NCBI RefSeq assembly: GCF_001194135.2
Contig: NC_068987.1
Location: 35,796,269 to 35,847,594 of the forward strand
Direction of reading: 5' to 3'
From: Octopus bimaculoides
Taxonomy: Eukaryota
Length of the DNA: 51,326 nt
In this document: piece after piece, positions 49,901-51,326 of the stretch
How the letters are laid out: every line of letters begins with the position of its first letter
Numbering within the stretch: position 1 is the stretch's first letter
The notes under the pieces: model-generated
What the model was told of the DNA's origin: nothing
Seen by the model: the letters and a program-made list of their open reading frames with translations, nothing else
The model's database searches: none
Made by a program: the position numbers and the translations under genes

Positions 49901-50864
49901 TTTTATTTCGATAGCTTGTGTTATTTTAATAGCATTGGATGTTTATAATTTGTAAGTGTGTATTACTTTATTATATATTTCTTCATTTTAAGTGTACATT
50001 TATTTATTAATTCTATAATTAAGGATAATTTGAGTTGTCTCCAAGTAACAGAGTGCATGACTCTTGAATTATAATGAATCATTTAGTCTTTTTTTTCTTT
50101 TATTTACGACGTGTTATTACATATTTGGTTTCATTAAAAATGTATATGTATGTATATATTTATCGATAAATTGATATAAATTTAATTCTATTTCCATATT
50201 TTATTGCATTACCTTCAATAAACAATGTGGTTAATATATTTTATTGCACTGAAATTTTTTATAGATATTCATCCAAGATCGTCTTTTCCCTGTACATTAT
50301 TCCAGGACTTTGCAAGATGTATTTTTCCACTTGTCTTTATCAGTTTTGTTATTCGTGTAATATTCATGATGCGATATTGTTTCAGAAATTAAGTACCAAG
50401 CAGTCAATATTCGCTGTATTATCTGGCTGTCATTTTAGGCATCTGTTCTTTGTTATAAGTACTACTTTGTAGCGATAAGTTATCCATATATGCCTACTCT
50501 GTTGTTCTTACTTGCAGAAATTAAGTTGGTGCATTCCTACACAGCGTTTGTATTTCTAAGAATGTTTACACAGCCGGAATGGATGATACGGCACAGGTGT
50601 CAAAACCATAATGGTATCCGTTTGACTGGTAACAATGGGATTCACGTTTATTTTTTTCGATTATGAATTGTTTTTCTTTTTCTATCTTAGGCTCGTTATT
50701 TAGAGGTGTCCTTGATTCCTACTAAGTGGAAAGTATTTATGAATTCATAATTTGAGAAACAATTACATTTTTGTAGTTTCGTATTCTTCATAGATAATCT
50801 ATTAGACTTAGATAATTCTTATATAATGGCGTGTAGCTTTTGGAGGTTCTGAACCATATATAGA

Positions 50865-50880
50865 GAGAAAGATCGATCGA

Positions 50881-50918
<38 letters not shown>

Positions 50919-50992
50919 AACAGGCAGACTGACTGACAGACAGACAGAGAGGTAGACAGACAGGCATATAGATAGATAGATAGATATATAGA
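50865..50992. repeat. (GATA)n/(GACA)n microsatellite
   Basis: Direct reading. Confidence 0.95.
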
Positions 50993-51234
50993 TATAATTG
51001 AGATTCAGTTGAATTAGGTACTTAAGTTGAAATACCAAGTCAGTCCGGTGTTACCCACACAGCCAAAAGTAAGGTGAATAAAATCAAAATTAATAACAGT
51101 ATTTCAAGTAGCGATGCACCACGAGCGTTTCAAGCCGTCGTGAACGGATGCTATAATGATTGCATTATTCAAGTAAACGGAGACGCTTGAAACAGTCATA
51201 CTGCATCAATAATATATATCCTGTTGCTTATTTT

Positions 51235-51278
51235 GACACACACACACATATAAACACACGCACAAACACACACACACA

Positions 51279-51326
<48 letters not shown>
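51235..51326. repeat. (CA)n microsatellite
   Basis: Direct reading. Confidence 0.97.

Noticed and set aside
51120-51200. Imperfect hairpin CGTTTCAAGC...GCTTGAAAC
   Set aside because: Large internal loops, unlike a pre-miRNA, and no hammerhead core on either strand.

Overview
AT-rich, microsatellite-dense eukaryotic scaffold with nine N-gaps. The tRNA-derived SINE families look like octopus ones, so this is most likely an Octopus genome (inference). I find no confidently identifiable host protein-coding gene, and most listed ORFs are microsatellite, gap or antisense artefacts. The window is dominated by decayed mobile elements: about seven Penelope-like (PLE; RT + GIY-YIG) remnants, six R4/Dong-like REL-endonuclease LINE fragments packed into 18.6-28.5 kb, four mariner remnants (one full-length with TIRs and TA TSDs), a hAT-like transposase pseudogene with a probable intron, a TIR-bounded non-coding element and about ten SINE copies. 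The most striking signal is six type-I hammerhead ribozyme motifs (3612-3675 -, 8742-8875 +, 14811-14853 +, 34594-34653 +, 41481-41607 -, 43674-43762 +). Most lie just 3' of a PLE, most have a palindromic helix III, and five have an enlarged helix II loop or insert (about 20-90 nt). Two PLEs show inverted architecture, one with a near-perfect 70-nt hairpin at the junction. A weak candidate for a small spliced gene lies at 30.1-31.4 kb. All identifications were made by eye from motifs, with no database searches.
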